A DNA stretch of 64,000 nt from Epiperipatus broadwayi (lineage: Eukaryota > Animalia > Onychophora). Location: positions 16,368,001 to 16,432,000 of the forward strand of contig JAQFVV010000005.1 of NCBI GenBank assembly GCA_028023455.1. Reading direction: 5' to 3'. The notes beneath the pieces were generated by a model that saw only the letters and a program-made list of their open reading frames with translations, was not told the origin of the DNA and did no database searches. Positions within the stretch are counted from its first letter, which is position 1, and every line of letters begins with the position of its first letter. A program made the position numbers and the translations under genes. Below, piece by piece: positions 52,866-64,000 of this stretch.

Positions 52866-53687
52866 AACCTTTTGTTTTATGGGTTAATTAATTATGTTAT
52901 TACTAGTTTAGCAATATGTATGTTTGGTTTAATATACAATATTAAAACGTACTTTTTCATTAATTTTATACTTGGACTATATTAGTATTAATATAAACAA
53001 TGAATGCTAATTCACATTTCCTTATACTTTACATATATTAAGCTAATTGGTTATCAAATCATATAATTCCAGTCAATGCTTTAAAAAAAATAATTAAAAT
53101 ATCAATCTATTGTCAAAGTAATACTCAAGTAATAGATGGAGATCTGAGTATGTTGCCATGACAACAAATTTATAATATTCTATAAGTTCATTTTAGAATT
53201 TCCATTTATTATCTGAATGTTGCCTTGACAACAGATTGGTGATATTTTATTGTTAATTTTAAGCATTGATTGGGATCACGTGATTTATATATACAAGTAT
53301 CCTATAATAAATTAAACATATAAAAGAAAATTGAATACACATTAAAACTGAATAATATAAAAATTTTATTTGTATGTTTAATTTATGAATGGGTACTTAT
53401 GCTAGGAAAAAGACTCTTTGACAGTGAAACTATCAGTTGTTTTTGAAAGTGAGAAATAATTAAAAGAAGAAGAGATTTTAAAGCTATCATTTTCCTGCAG
53501 GGTTCCAGGCAGTGATTAGTGGCAAATCATAGTGTTCAAGGTCCATGGATCTTGGTCCAGCTTTGTCATTCCCAATGCTCAAACATTTTATAAATTCCCA
53601 AGCAAAAAACTATTCGATTTTTTTTTAATTTTTATTTGATTATTATTACAATGCTATGATTGGTATAAGTTACAACTCTTTAATATA

Positions 53688-54153
53688 ATATATAAGTGAT
53701 TCTAACTCAGACTTTCACATGACCCATAATTCTATATGCTATCTTGTATTGTTAAAACAGGCAAAACTCTCCATACAGTAGTGCTACTGATCCACATGAT
53801 CACACACATGTTGAAAAGATAAATAATCACCAATATCCATATTTCATGCTAAACCAGCAATCATCAGTTGATCCAGGTTAGTATCTCCCCACATATATAC
53901 AATCAGTGTTCGGCTTTGTATTAAGATAGCCAATCTTCATATTTTAATGGACAGGCTTCAAACTACTCCAACCCATAACTCTTCAGTCATCCATTTCATT
54001 GAAAATCTGATGATGGAATATTCAAAGCCCATGTTAGTGCCAAGGTTATCATCCTACCCATGTTGATGTTAGTCATTCTGATCCCTCATGTATTGGAGAG
54101 TAATCCATTCACATAGATACGCAAGGGATGGGCAGACCTTTAAAGCACTCTTT
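53688..54153 (-). mobile_element. Near full-length family B copy (~465 bp) containing a short family A insert; HHR at 53822-53882
   Basis: 14-bp TSD AACTCTTTAATATA (53674-53687, 54154-54167); HHR core CTGATGA/GAAA intact, lower stem I decayed. Confidence 0.85.
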
Positions 54154-54560
54154 AACTCTTTAATATAGTAAATTATAAAATGTTTATATTGGAGGCATAA
54201 TAAACGTGTACTTTTATTAAATGATCTGCTGCAAAGCTAAATTAATTTTTAAAAATTATTTTAATAATGGCAGTGGAAGCTGTAGGAAAGTATGCAATCA
54301 TCATTAGTAAAGGATGGACACTGTTTTCTTCCAGATTTTAATAATAATTATTACAGCTTTTAATATTCAAGATTTGTTATAAAACAAAGATTTTGACTTT
54401 ACAAAAAATGCATATATGTCATATTTCCATCGGAACAGATGCTTAAATATTTAGGGAATACATCATCACTCTTAATTGACTATATACTTATGATTCATAG
54501 CATAACTGTATTTTTTCTTTATAATAAGAATAGGGATAAAAGTGTTTAAATAGCGTGCTA

Positions 54561-55358
54561 TAGGGTAAAGTCCTCTCAAACAGTCCTTCACTGAGGGATC
54601 GTGAAAGAGAAAAGGAGCAATTCTCGCCGAGAGGGCTTGAACATGTTTCCATCCTTAATAGTTAAATACCCATTAAACAGCAACTTTGGCTTACTAAGCA
54701 GGTTGGCTATGGAAAAAAAATCTCAACCAGGATTGTCTGTATAGAAAACAATTAGTCTATCGTTGTATTAATAGGTTCTGCACACATACTAACACCTATA
54801 ATGGATGGTCAAAAAAAATCTTAAATGTGGCCGAAGAAATCTCCAGTTACCTGAAACAATTTTCAAAATATTGAACCCTCAGATTTGAATCTCAGGTGCC
54901 CTTGTTTATCATTATGTTATCACAAATTTTATTCTGCTATCTTCTTTATTAAAAACTCATTGCAAGCTTTATTGAACCCTGATATTTAGAAGAAAATACA
55001 AAAGGCCTCTTTTATAAATATATTTTTAAAAAAAGATGCAGATATTATTAACAAGTATTTTAGTTTCTTTTTAATCGCTTCATTAGTTCCAAGTTTTAAA
55101 TTTAGTCATGTGACTTGAATTTTCTCTGTTCAAACACACGAAAGCAAATACTTTTTTAAATGCCAAGACTTTCCAAATGTTAAGGCCAAACATCAAATTT
55201 CTTTTATTGGTTTTAAAGATTTTTTTTTTAATCAGTTCTATATATGGCCTTTGATGTTTTAAAAAATGAGACGGAGATAGAAAGTCTAATAGCAAGTAAA
55301 TGAAGATGAAAATCTATTATTTGCTACTTCGATCATGAGTTTATAGAGGAAGTTACCT
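54561..55358. mobile_element. Possible old MITE
   Basis: Imperfect inverted ends TAGGGTAAAGTCCTCT / AGAGGAAGTTACCTA flanked by TA. Confidence 0.3.
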
Positions 55359-56526
55359 ATAATGCATGTCCCTTTAATAGCATCCCTTTTAATACATGTT
55401 CCTTTAATAGAATCCCTTTCAATGACCCCCCCCCAGATAAATATGAATTTAGAAAAGTCCATTCTTTAGCCAATATTTTAATGACTGATATGAAGCAGCT
55501 TAATTGGAAATTTTATATTTTTTTTACTCAACTCTAGAATTGAACCCCACTAGCTTCTTTATAGTGATGGCTAATTCAGTAAGTATAGTGCCTTTAGACG
55601 CAACAACTGTTTAGAAAATACGTAATACGGAAGGTGGAGAACAAAATCCAAGAAAAGAAAAAATGAATAAAAAAAAAATAGAATGAGGAAGTACAAAACA
55701 AAAGGATAGATTTTCATTTTTATAGAAACAGATCATTCAACATGTAATTATTTTATCTAAGATTAATCGATCTCAGGTGAGTTAGACATTACGGAGAGCG
55801 GAAAAGGCGTGTAAATTACAAATTACCTCGGGAGCGGAGAATAATAATAATAAACTATTATCTAAATTTATTTTTAATTTGTTTAATAACATTTGAGCGT
55901 ATATATTTTTCCTTTCTTTCTTTGATGTAAAGACAAAAATAATCTAATAATTCTTTTACCATGGAAACTTTGCGTTAATCCTTTAGGTTTCTAGTTATTT
56001 TCCCCTATAATAATGACAAGTTATATAAACGCTTTCGTGCTTAAACAATTAGTAAACGATTTAACTGCTGAGAAAAATATCATTGCATAAACACTTATTT
56101 TTCCTGTACATTCACGTTTTCGTTTCGAATGACTACATGGAAAAATAAACAAATATTTCTACTAAAGTACTTATTCTTTCGCACTAGGCATCCTATGTGT
56201 TTTGATGCACTAGTAGAGTAGCAAATTTTGAATCTAAAAATCTATAGATTGGGCTTGACTGTCATTTCTGGTGCTCGAATTTCGTGTGAACTCCTGAACA
56301 TTAAACCATTACATTATTTTTTTACATTTCAACTCCTATAGTAAATATATATAAAGCCAACAATTTTCTATCTGACAATAAATGTAATGACTGAAACACA
56401 GGCTTATTATATACCTGTGTCTATATATGTAATATATAGAGTATATGAGCACAGACTTTCACACGACCCACCATTCTCCACTCTAATAACACTGACACAC
56501 TCAAGCACATATATGCTGAAAAGATA

Positions 56527-56587
56527 AATAATCACCAATATATATATTTCATGCTAAACCAGCATTCATCAGTTGGTCCAGATTATC
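56527..56587 (-). ncRNA. Type I hammerhead, family B, best-paired copy (AUA site; predicted cleavage between 56539 and 56538)
   Basis: gataatc-tgg-accaa-CTGATGA-atgct-ggttt-agcat-GAAA-tatata-TA-ttggt-gattatt; stems I and II fully paired. Confidence 0.75.
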
Positions 56588-57067
56588 ATCTCCCACACAT
56601 ATATACTATAAGTGCTCAGATACATATTAAGATAGACAAACTTCATACTTTAATGGACAGGCTCCAATCTACTACACACTTCAACTCTTCAACCGTCCAT
56701 CCAATTGAAAATCTGATGACGGAATGCTCGAAGGCCACCCTGAGGCCGAGATTCTTGTCACACCCATGTTGACCTGAGGTCAATCTGAACTCCACATGTA
56801 CATTGTAGAGATGTCTGCCCATCCTTGCATATGTATTAAATGGATTATGTCCTGTACATGTGGGGTTCAGATTGATCTCAGGTCAACATGGGTGTGACAA
56901 GAATCTCCGCCTCAGGGTGGCCTTCGAGCATTCCATCATCAGATTTTCAATTGGATGGACGGTTAAAGAGTTGGAGTGTGTAGTAGATTGGAGCCTGTCC
57001 ATTAAAGTATGAAGTCTGCCTATCTTAATATATATCTGAGCACTTATAGTATATATGTGTGGTAGAT

Positions 57068-57128
57068 GATAATCTGGACCAACTGATGATTGCTGTTTTA
57101 GCATGAAATATGTATATTGGTGATTATT
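57068..57128 (+). ncRNA. Type I hammerhead, family B
   Basis: gataatc-tgg-accaa-CTGATGA-ttgct-gtttt-agcat-GAAA-tatgta-TA-ttggt-gattatt. Confidence 0.6.
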
Positions 57129-58045
57129 TATCTTTTCAGCATATATGTGCTTGAGTGTATCAGTGTTATTAGATAGAGTGGAGAGTGGTGGGTCATGTGA
57201 AAGTCTATGCTCATATACCCTGACAATAAATGATAATTTTCTTTTTAAAATTAGAATTTATTGACCAATTAGAATTACAAGATGAATACAATATGTTTTT
57301 CTAGTTGTTAACATTGCTAGCTATGTTTTATCTTGTGTTTAAACTTCCAGCGATGTCTGGTTGAGCTTAAGGCTGCAAGGGATTGTTCAGAATTGAGAGT
57401 TCTTGGATTGTTTGGGAATGGAATATTCAGGTTTCAGGCAACTGATAGATTGCCCAGGTGTCTTAAAATATTCCCGTAGGGTTTACTATTTGGTCTCTTA
57501 TTGATTTTCTTTATGATCTTGCAAAATGTAGAATATAAATCACAGTTATTATTTTTGAAGATTAATTGACATCGTAACGACCCAATATTAGTTATTCATT
57601 GCAATTTCTGAACTATATAGAGTAATGTATAAATTCAAATAGCAGCTTTAACTTCATCCATCATGTTTCAGCCCCTGATAACTTATGAAAACCAGAAACT
57701 CTAATGCATAAGGTGCTTAACTATTGTTAATAATCAAATGTGAAAATTGGTGATGGTCTGTGAGGCTCTGCTTTGCTAATAAAATAATGTTATGAAAGAC
57801 TCTGTAAGAGATTCGATATATTTTGTATGGGTGAAAACTAGAGCGACACTTGAAATTTAATGTTCAAATATAGTCCGAAAACAAATCACTATTGAGCAAA
57901 GAATTATTAATTTATTAGATAAAATCTCTGGCTTGCAGCACAATCACTATACCACAATTTTATATTGGACTATTTCCATCATCTAATATGTGTGTTGAAT
58001 GTCTTTAGAAAAGTTTAAATTTTAGTTAAATATTCCAAATGCATT

Positions 58046-58196
58046 CAACTGTTAGTAATATCACAGCAAACAGGTTAGTATATGCACCAACTGTTAGTAA
58101 TATCACAGCAAACAAATGTTAGTAATATCACAGCAAACAGGTTAGTATATGCACTAACTGTTAGTAATATCACAGCAAACAGGTTAGTATATGCAC
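58046..58196. repeat. 39-42-bp tandem repeat, about 4 units
   Basis: AACTGTTAGTAATATCACAGCAAACAGGTTAGTATATGCAC. Confidence 0.9.
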
Positions 58197-58240
58197 AACA
58201 TTTCGAGAGGTACTTTTCTCCTCTCTTCTTCAGGTGTTGC
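58193..58240 (-). ncRNA. Minimal Penelope-type hammerhead
   Basis: gcaacac-CTGAAGA-a-gagagg-agaaaagta-cctctc-GAAA-tg-TT-gtgc: perfect 6-bp stem II; stem III is probably ACGT decayed by CpG loss; short stem I. Confidence 0.55.
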
Positions 58241-58260
58241 TGGCCTGACCAGTGGCAGTA

Positions 58261-58344
58261 CTAGCATGGGATTCAAACCTGGGTTCTTAGATTCTTGATA
58301 ATTGAACTTTAAGGTAACGCTCTAACCAACTGAGCCATCCTGCC
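58261..58344 (-). other. tRNA-derived head (A box TGGCTCAGTTGG, B box GGTTTGAATCCC)
   Basis: GGCAGGATGGCTCAGTTGGTTAGAGCG...GGTTTGAATCCCATGC; anticodon/variable region not canonical. Confidence 0.7.
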
Positions 58345-58375
58345 AAATGCAACAGTATGTAGTAATTTCATATAC

Positions 58376-58690
58376 TTATCTATGAGGTTCCTTCTGATTT
58401 CTCCACTTTTTCCTTAGAGCAAAGTTGATTAGTGGTTTCCATATATTATGTATAGTCACACTAAGTTGGCTTATGGGATTTTTTGCCATTGTCATGTGAG
58501 CAGCTTCTTTAAATTTTCTTCTTTGTACCAATATTTTTGTATTTTCCCAATCGAACGTATGTTCATTGGTCCATACATGGTCTGCTACCTTAAACACATC
58601 TGTTTTCTCTCTTCTAATCATCAGTTTATGTTCTTGCAAGTGCTTTTGAACATTCGATGATGGAAATAGTCCAATATAAAAATATAGCTA
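58376..58690 (-). pseudogene. Penelope GIY-YIG endonuclease C-terminal remnant
   Basis: YIG-like TATATTGGA, then QEHK...KVADHVWTNEHTFDWENTKIL..RRKFKEAAHM...IWKPLI. Confidence 0.8.
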
Positions 58691-60550
58691 GAACACCTTC
58701 AGAAAAACACTATACCACAATGTATAATGCTATTATTGCTAACAAATGAATGAGACATCCAATTCCAGCAATAATCCCCACAGCACTCTATTCCCAGCCC
58801 CAAACCACATAGGGACTAGGATTTAGGCCCCCAGGGACCCTCCCCACAAGCAACCACTCTCAGTCAGCAAGATTGAGTTGAATCTAATTTTTGTTCCAAA
58901 ATTCAATTTTCCATTAGACTTCTCTAGAAACTTACATGTTAAAATTGGCACTAATTTTGGTATTTAGCATTGAAAATGGAATAACATTTTGAGAGATAAC
59001 TTAATAGATTTAATACAGGATGTATGGGTGAAAACTAGAGAAAACTTGAAAATAATGTTTAATTCAGTCGAAAAGACAAATCACAGTTGAGTAGAATTTT
59101 CCTTAAATTAGGTAAAATCTCTGGTTTGTAACACAATTACTTAAACTGCAATGAGTAATGTTACCCTTGCTAACAAATGAATAAGCTATCCAATTCTGAT
59201 AACGATTCCCACAACACCCTCCTCCCAGCTCTGGCCCATAAAAAAACTAGGATTTAGGCCCCCAGGGACCCTCTCAGCAACAAGACACTCACTTAGTCAG
59301 CAAAGCGAAGTTAAATCAAAATTCTTCCTGAAAAATAAAATTTTCCATAGAATTCCCTAGAAACTTGAAGGTCTGCCATTCACTTCTAACAGTGCTTTAA
59401 AGAAACATTGTAATCGTTCTTTCTTGTTATCAGTTGGTATGATAATTCTTGTGTGAAAAGAGATCTGAGAGATAACTCTTGTCAATTGGAATTGGTTTAG
59501 GGAAATATTATTCCCCAAACCATAATTAAGATGACTAAAAATGGAGAGCCAGTAACAGTGTAAACTGGAGTCCTTGGCTCCCTCTAGTGGACTGAAATGA
59601 TAATTGTATGGTTTATTGCTAGAGAATTCATAATAGTTTGAGCACTGAAAGGAGACATATCATAAACTACAGACCTTGAACTTCTTTACTCTAACAAGAA
59701 AGGGCAAATCAAATGGTTATTACTCAGGACTTCTTATAAGAGTTTGATTATCAAAAGTGAGAGAATTGGGCCATAATCAGTCAATTTTGAATATTACTTA
59801 AATTAAAACATAAACCATCAAAATACATGTTTATGCATTTCATTTAGCAGTAATATGGGTTTTTTTAATTAAGTAATTGATGTTGTTTTGGTAAATGGAT
59901 TATTAATAGTGCAAATTGTATTGTCATGTGTATCAGCTGCTTGAGATAGAGGTTGAATAGACTGAAAAATCCTAAGTTCAAATCCCTTTATTTATATATT
60001 TAGTTTATTCTTGAAGTTGTGGATCCAAAGATAAGTGTAGTCAATTTATTTTTTAATGGTAGGTCAATGTTGAGTGGCTCAATAAAGCCAACAGACTGCA
60101 CTCTATCTTAGAACCATAATTTTTACCAAAAAATTAGATACAATAACTATCTTCAATCTACTCATGGTTCTCATTGAAGTCTTTAATGAAACAGAGCACT
60201 GTGGTACTTCTAAAAGTCACTTCACATGATTTGATGCTGTAAATTCACTAACTGATATTTGATAATCATAAGAATGGTGTTCTGACTACTCACAAATGCT
60301 TAAGTATAATATATAGAGGAATAGTTTGTGGTTATTTTCCCTTTGTATCCTGAAATGATGTTTTGTTGTTTATGTGGTTATGGTCAGCTGTCTTAAACAT
60401 TATTTTTTATCATTGCTACTCAGTATGGATATTGGAAATAAGATATTCAGAAAAAATAAACAAATAGAATACATGTGATAAAATAAAAACACATTCTCCT
60501 TATAAATGATTGTTAAAGGGGGTGAAACTCAATATGGTGCTTGTATTATA

Positions 60551-61792
60551 GCTAAAGATGCCGTTGGATGGCGTCGTTTTCACGCTAAAACTATAAAATA
60601 TGAACATTCACGGGCCATTGATTTTAATAATTTTTCTGTTCTTTTTTGTAATGCGAAAATAAAAACAAAACAAAATCGTCTTTTTTAAATATTATTATTT
60701 ATTAACCTATACAATTTAAATGATAATAATAAATGTAAAATAAAATCAACAAATTACAATTTGATTCGTGTTTTTGCTATCGTATATTTTTTTAATTGTG
60801 TTACGGCATTTTTTTATCAATTTTCTATCGGATATTTTTTTAATTGTGTTACGACTTTTTTTGTTGTTGTTTAACTAAAAAATAATCATCGTAATAAAAG
60901 TAAAAGTTGTTATGGTTAGATTTAGGGTTAGTTTAGGGTTAGGTTTAGGGTTAGTTTTAGGGTTAGTTTAGGGTTAGTTTTAGGGTTAGTGTTCTGTTTG
61001 TTTGTAATGCTAAAATAAAAAAATTCAAAATTGTAACCGTACTCGGACTAAATAAAGAAACTCAAACTTTTTTAAACAACAACAAACACATACAAATGTC
61101 TTCTTTACTTATTAAACATGTTTATAATATTTGCTTTTTATTAAATTTACAAAAAAAAACTGTATATTTGTACTTTTCTTACTTCAAAAATATACACACG
61201 GTAGAAGTCTTCTTTGTCTCGTGGAATGTTACGAACAGTACGTTACTTGATGCGTTACCTAATTGCAACTCACTAAAAACATAGATCTTTAACATTTTCC
61301 CAATTAAAACTTCAATACAGTACGTTAAAAATTTTCAGAACTCAAAAAAAAAAAAAAAATTTCTCAAAAAACTTTAAACTGGGCCAAGCGCTTGGGGTTT
61401 TCCCCCCTTTTTATTGGCCGGGAAAAGTAATAATTTTTAAGTAGTGTTATTAAATAAAAATTGTAAAAAGTCTTAGAATTATTACTTTACAAAATATCAA
61501 CATTTTAATCCTTTAAAATAAAAAAAAATTCAATGAAAACAACATTTCCATCCGATTCAAATACAAACTCTCTCATCAAGTCGTAACTGTTTTATAAAGT
61601 GTGTGAATTTGCAAAACATATTTGCTACCATGCAACATACATGCTGTACTGTGATGCGACATAGCGGCCTGCATTCTGTAGCGCAACAAAAAAGTTGTAC
61701 TATTGAAAAAGGGGTTCGAACGTGTCGGCCACGGAAACAGCATTTTAATGTGTTTTGGCACAAAAACCACGCCATAGAATGGCATCTTTAGC
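60551..61792. mobile_element. Unclassified non-autonomous TIR element (~1.24 kb, TA flanks)
   Basis: TA|GCTAAAGATGCCGTTGGATGGCGT ... ACGCCATAGAATGGCATCTTTAGC|TA; CpG-richer interior. Confidence 0.7.
60914..60990 (+). repeat. Telomere-like array, (TTAGGG-TTAGT[T]) about 6-7 units
   Basis: Direct reading. Confidence 0.85.
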
Positions 61793-61964
61793 TAAAAGAT
61801 GAGTACCCTTAATATAAATCTTTTTTTAAAGGCACTTTTAAATTTATCTGATAAATTTGTTCAGCTTTACAATAAATTTTGATTTTTTTTTTTAACATAT
61901 TAAAATTCATTTTTTAAAAAATAAGATGATGATGATGAAAATTATTATTCACATATAAATCATG

Positions 61965-62422
61965 ATAAACAGAGCAGCCAAAATTCAAAAAAATATTAAT
62001 CACAATGAACAAGTTGCCAAGCACTTTCAGTACAGTATACCAAAGTCATGGTGACATATTGGAACTGAACAGTTAATATTAACACGATTACAACAGCAGT
62101 TTTATCAGTATAAAAAGTCTAAAAGTGATTTGCAGATTAATTCTGATTTTTCAAGTCATGAAAATAGTTGTAGTCAGGAGTTTTATCCTCAAAATATTAC
62201 TACTGTGTGAAATGAATCAAATGATAGAAAGAGGAAGTTGAAAAAGGCTTGGTTTATTGTGAAATCTAAAAACGTTATCAATCAGTATAACACTAGTGTT
62301 CCACTGAGCATGCACTGGAATATTAACCATTTAGTTCCAATATGTCATCATAATTCTGATATACTGTACCAAAAGCTCTTGGAAAATTGTTCATTGTGAT
62401 TAATATTTTTTGCTCTGTTTAT
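61965..62422. mobile_element. Element with ~110-bp imperfect terminal inverted repeats
   Basis: ATTAATCACAATGAACAA...GACATATTGGAACT / AGTTCCAATATGTC...TTGTTCATTGTGATTAAT around a ~240-bp core. Confidence 0.65.
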
Positions 62423-64000
62423 ATGACAGAGTTTTTTGTATTATTTATGATGATGACGATTATTATTATTATCATCATCATTATCTCCATTATTATGTTT
62501 AGTTTGTATATTTATAGTTTCAAGCTATTCTGATTCTTAAAATTGTCAAATACAACATTTTTTAAATTTGATATAATAAAAAATTATAGGAAAACTATCA
62601 TTCACATAAATGACCTATGACTTAAGTTTAAAGTTATTTTCCTCCTTTATTTGAAGAACAGGTAAAAAAAAAATAATAATCGCGTAATGATACGATGAAA
62701 AAAAACTGAAAATATTAAAATTTCCATTTAGCAATCAAAAAAAAAAAATATTGACCGAGATGTACTTGAAAGATTTTGTAATCTGCTGCAATAATTTTTG
62801 GGGTTCTATTTTATTCTAAAAATAACATATTCAAAGTAATGATTTTTTTTTTTTTTCATATGTCATAGCATCGGCCGGGACGCGAACCCACAACCGTCTG
62901 CAACCAACTACTTGCTTGCATGATATGCCTTACAAAGATTTTGTTCTACTCATAAAAAGATAGCCAAAGTGTTAATCGTAATTTTCCCCAAATCTTGTTA
63001 TGGAAATTACCGCACATGCAATTCTGTTATTAAATGAATTGTTGAATAATAAAAATGACGTCTCAGATTATTTATATATAGTCCTTAAGCTTTTATAATC
63101 ACTGAAAGATTTTATCCATATTTTTGCATCATTTCAGTGTAAATAGAATCATCGGCCAATATTTTATAAAGGAATTTTGCTTTATGCCAACTTTTAAAAA
63201 ATTTGAAAATGCTTTAATATAAAAATGAATGCCTAGACTAGAAAGTGTGTGTGTGTTGATTCTTCTATTTTTATTAAGAGTATTTTCTTTTTGATTTTCA
63301 CTGAGGAATATTGTTAAATAATAATCATAGCCTTAGTTTGATATTTAAAGGTATAAATACTATTTTTTTTTATATATATTTTTAAATTTTGGAAATTATA
63401 ATGCTTATTTATATACAACTGTTAATGAAAACATCCGCAGGAAAAATAGTTTTTAAATATTCAGCTTTATTTCTGCCTAGCATGCTTTCGATATAATATA
63501 TATTGTAACCTCCAATAAAGAAAAATGCATATAAAATAATATTATCTTGAAACACAAGAGAGGAGGAGACCTCCTGAAACCTCCAATAATCATCATATGC
63601 ACATGAGTATAATGTTAGAGTGCAAAATAAAATATTAGAAAAAGACTTGGCTAGCATGAGCATGAATAAACATAAGTAAAGGTCACAAGACACTACTGAT
63701 TCTATAATGTTAGGGAGAGGTCACAAAGTATCCCACTATCAATCTTTATACTGAAACAGTAAGATTCGTATTCGAATCTTAAGTTTCACCTTTTTCTGTC
63801 GTCTCTCACTGACCGGTCTATCCCGCCCAAATTTAAACTTTTTGGTATCGAATTGTGTGTGTAACAATATTAAAAATGTATAAATATATGTAGAATTCAG
63901 CATAAACACGCACACATTTCGATCTCAAATTAAAGGCAATAAATAGGGATAAAATAATATAATTTAGATTTCTTTTAGTTATATAATTTTGTATAATTTT

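Larger units (their letters stand above)
56385..57219. mobile_element. Family B foldback dimer with ~400-bp arms
   Basis: Arms ~56385-56795 and ~56811-57219; 13-bp flanking direct repeat CTGACAATAAATG (56372-56384, 57220-57232). Confidence 0.9.
57959..58707 (-). mobile_element. 5'-truncated Penelope-like insertion: GIY-YIG C-terminus, tRNA-like head, HHR, 39-bp repeats
   Basis: 14-bp TSD CACTATACCACAAT (57945-57958, 58708-58721); ~25-bp inverted copy of its 5' part at the other end (57959-57983 vs 58656-58680). Confidence 0.8.
57824..59365 (+). repeat. Old tandem duplication (~350-bp unit); first unit interrupted by the Penelope-derived insertion
   Basis: TGTATGGGTGAAAACTAGAG at 57824 and 59021; CTAGGATTTAGGCCCCCAGGGACCCTC in both ~58722-58935 and ~59155-59365. 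Confidence 0.75.

Noticed and set aside
56706-56740. Second CTGATGA on the opposite strand of family B (possible ambisense hammerhead)
   Set aside because: Downstream GAAA is not conserved (GAAG, AAAT, AAAG among copies) and there is no stem I partner.
56551-57104. Twin 73-aa ORFs on opposite strands (also 3631-3855, 13309-13599 and the paired ORFs in 44012-44918)
   Set aside because: By-products of inverted non-coding repeats; non-ATG starts, no domain, and frames not preserved in other copies.
58046-58196. CRISPR-like appearance of 39-bp repeats (also 8700-8910)
   Set aside because: Repeats abut with no unique spacers; eukaryotic context; no cas genes.
58261-58344. Functional tRNA gene
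   Set aside because: No clean anticodon arm or acceptor-stem pairing; treated as a SINE-like head.
60914-60990. True telomere or chromosome end
   Set aside because: Short, variant units, internal to a TIR element.

Overview
Strongly AT-rich, mostly CpG-poor animal (probably invertebrate) nuclear DNA; the species cannot be determined from the sequence. No host protein-coding gene could be identified with confidence. The window is a mosaic of decayed mobile elements: Penelope-like elements (RT plus GIY-YIG), RTE 3' ends, two Tx1/L1-type ORF2 ends, a Charlie/hAT relic, a Tigger-like MITE, unclassified TIR elements, a solo LTR, tRNA-like SINE heads and microsatellites. The main signal is RNA, not protein. 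Three non-coding dispersed repeat families (A ~240-360 bp, B ~465 bp, C ~190 bp) each carry a type I hammerhead ribozyme (HHR) fold with a tiny palindromic stem III. A fourth HHR lies just downstream of a tRNA-like head inside a Penelope-derived insertion, and a fifth, decayed one closes another Penelope copy. These repeats often insert as head-to-head foldback dimers enclosed by one 11-16 bp target-site duplication (TSD), which suggests Penelope-mobilised, retrozyme-like elements. All folds and alignments were done by eye; none has been computed or tested, and range ends not fixed by a TSD are approximate.
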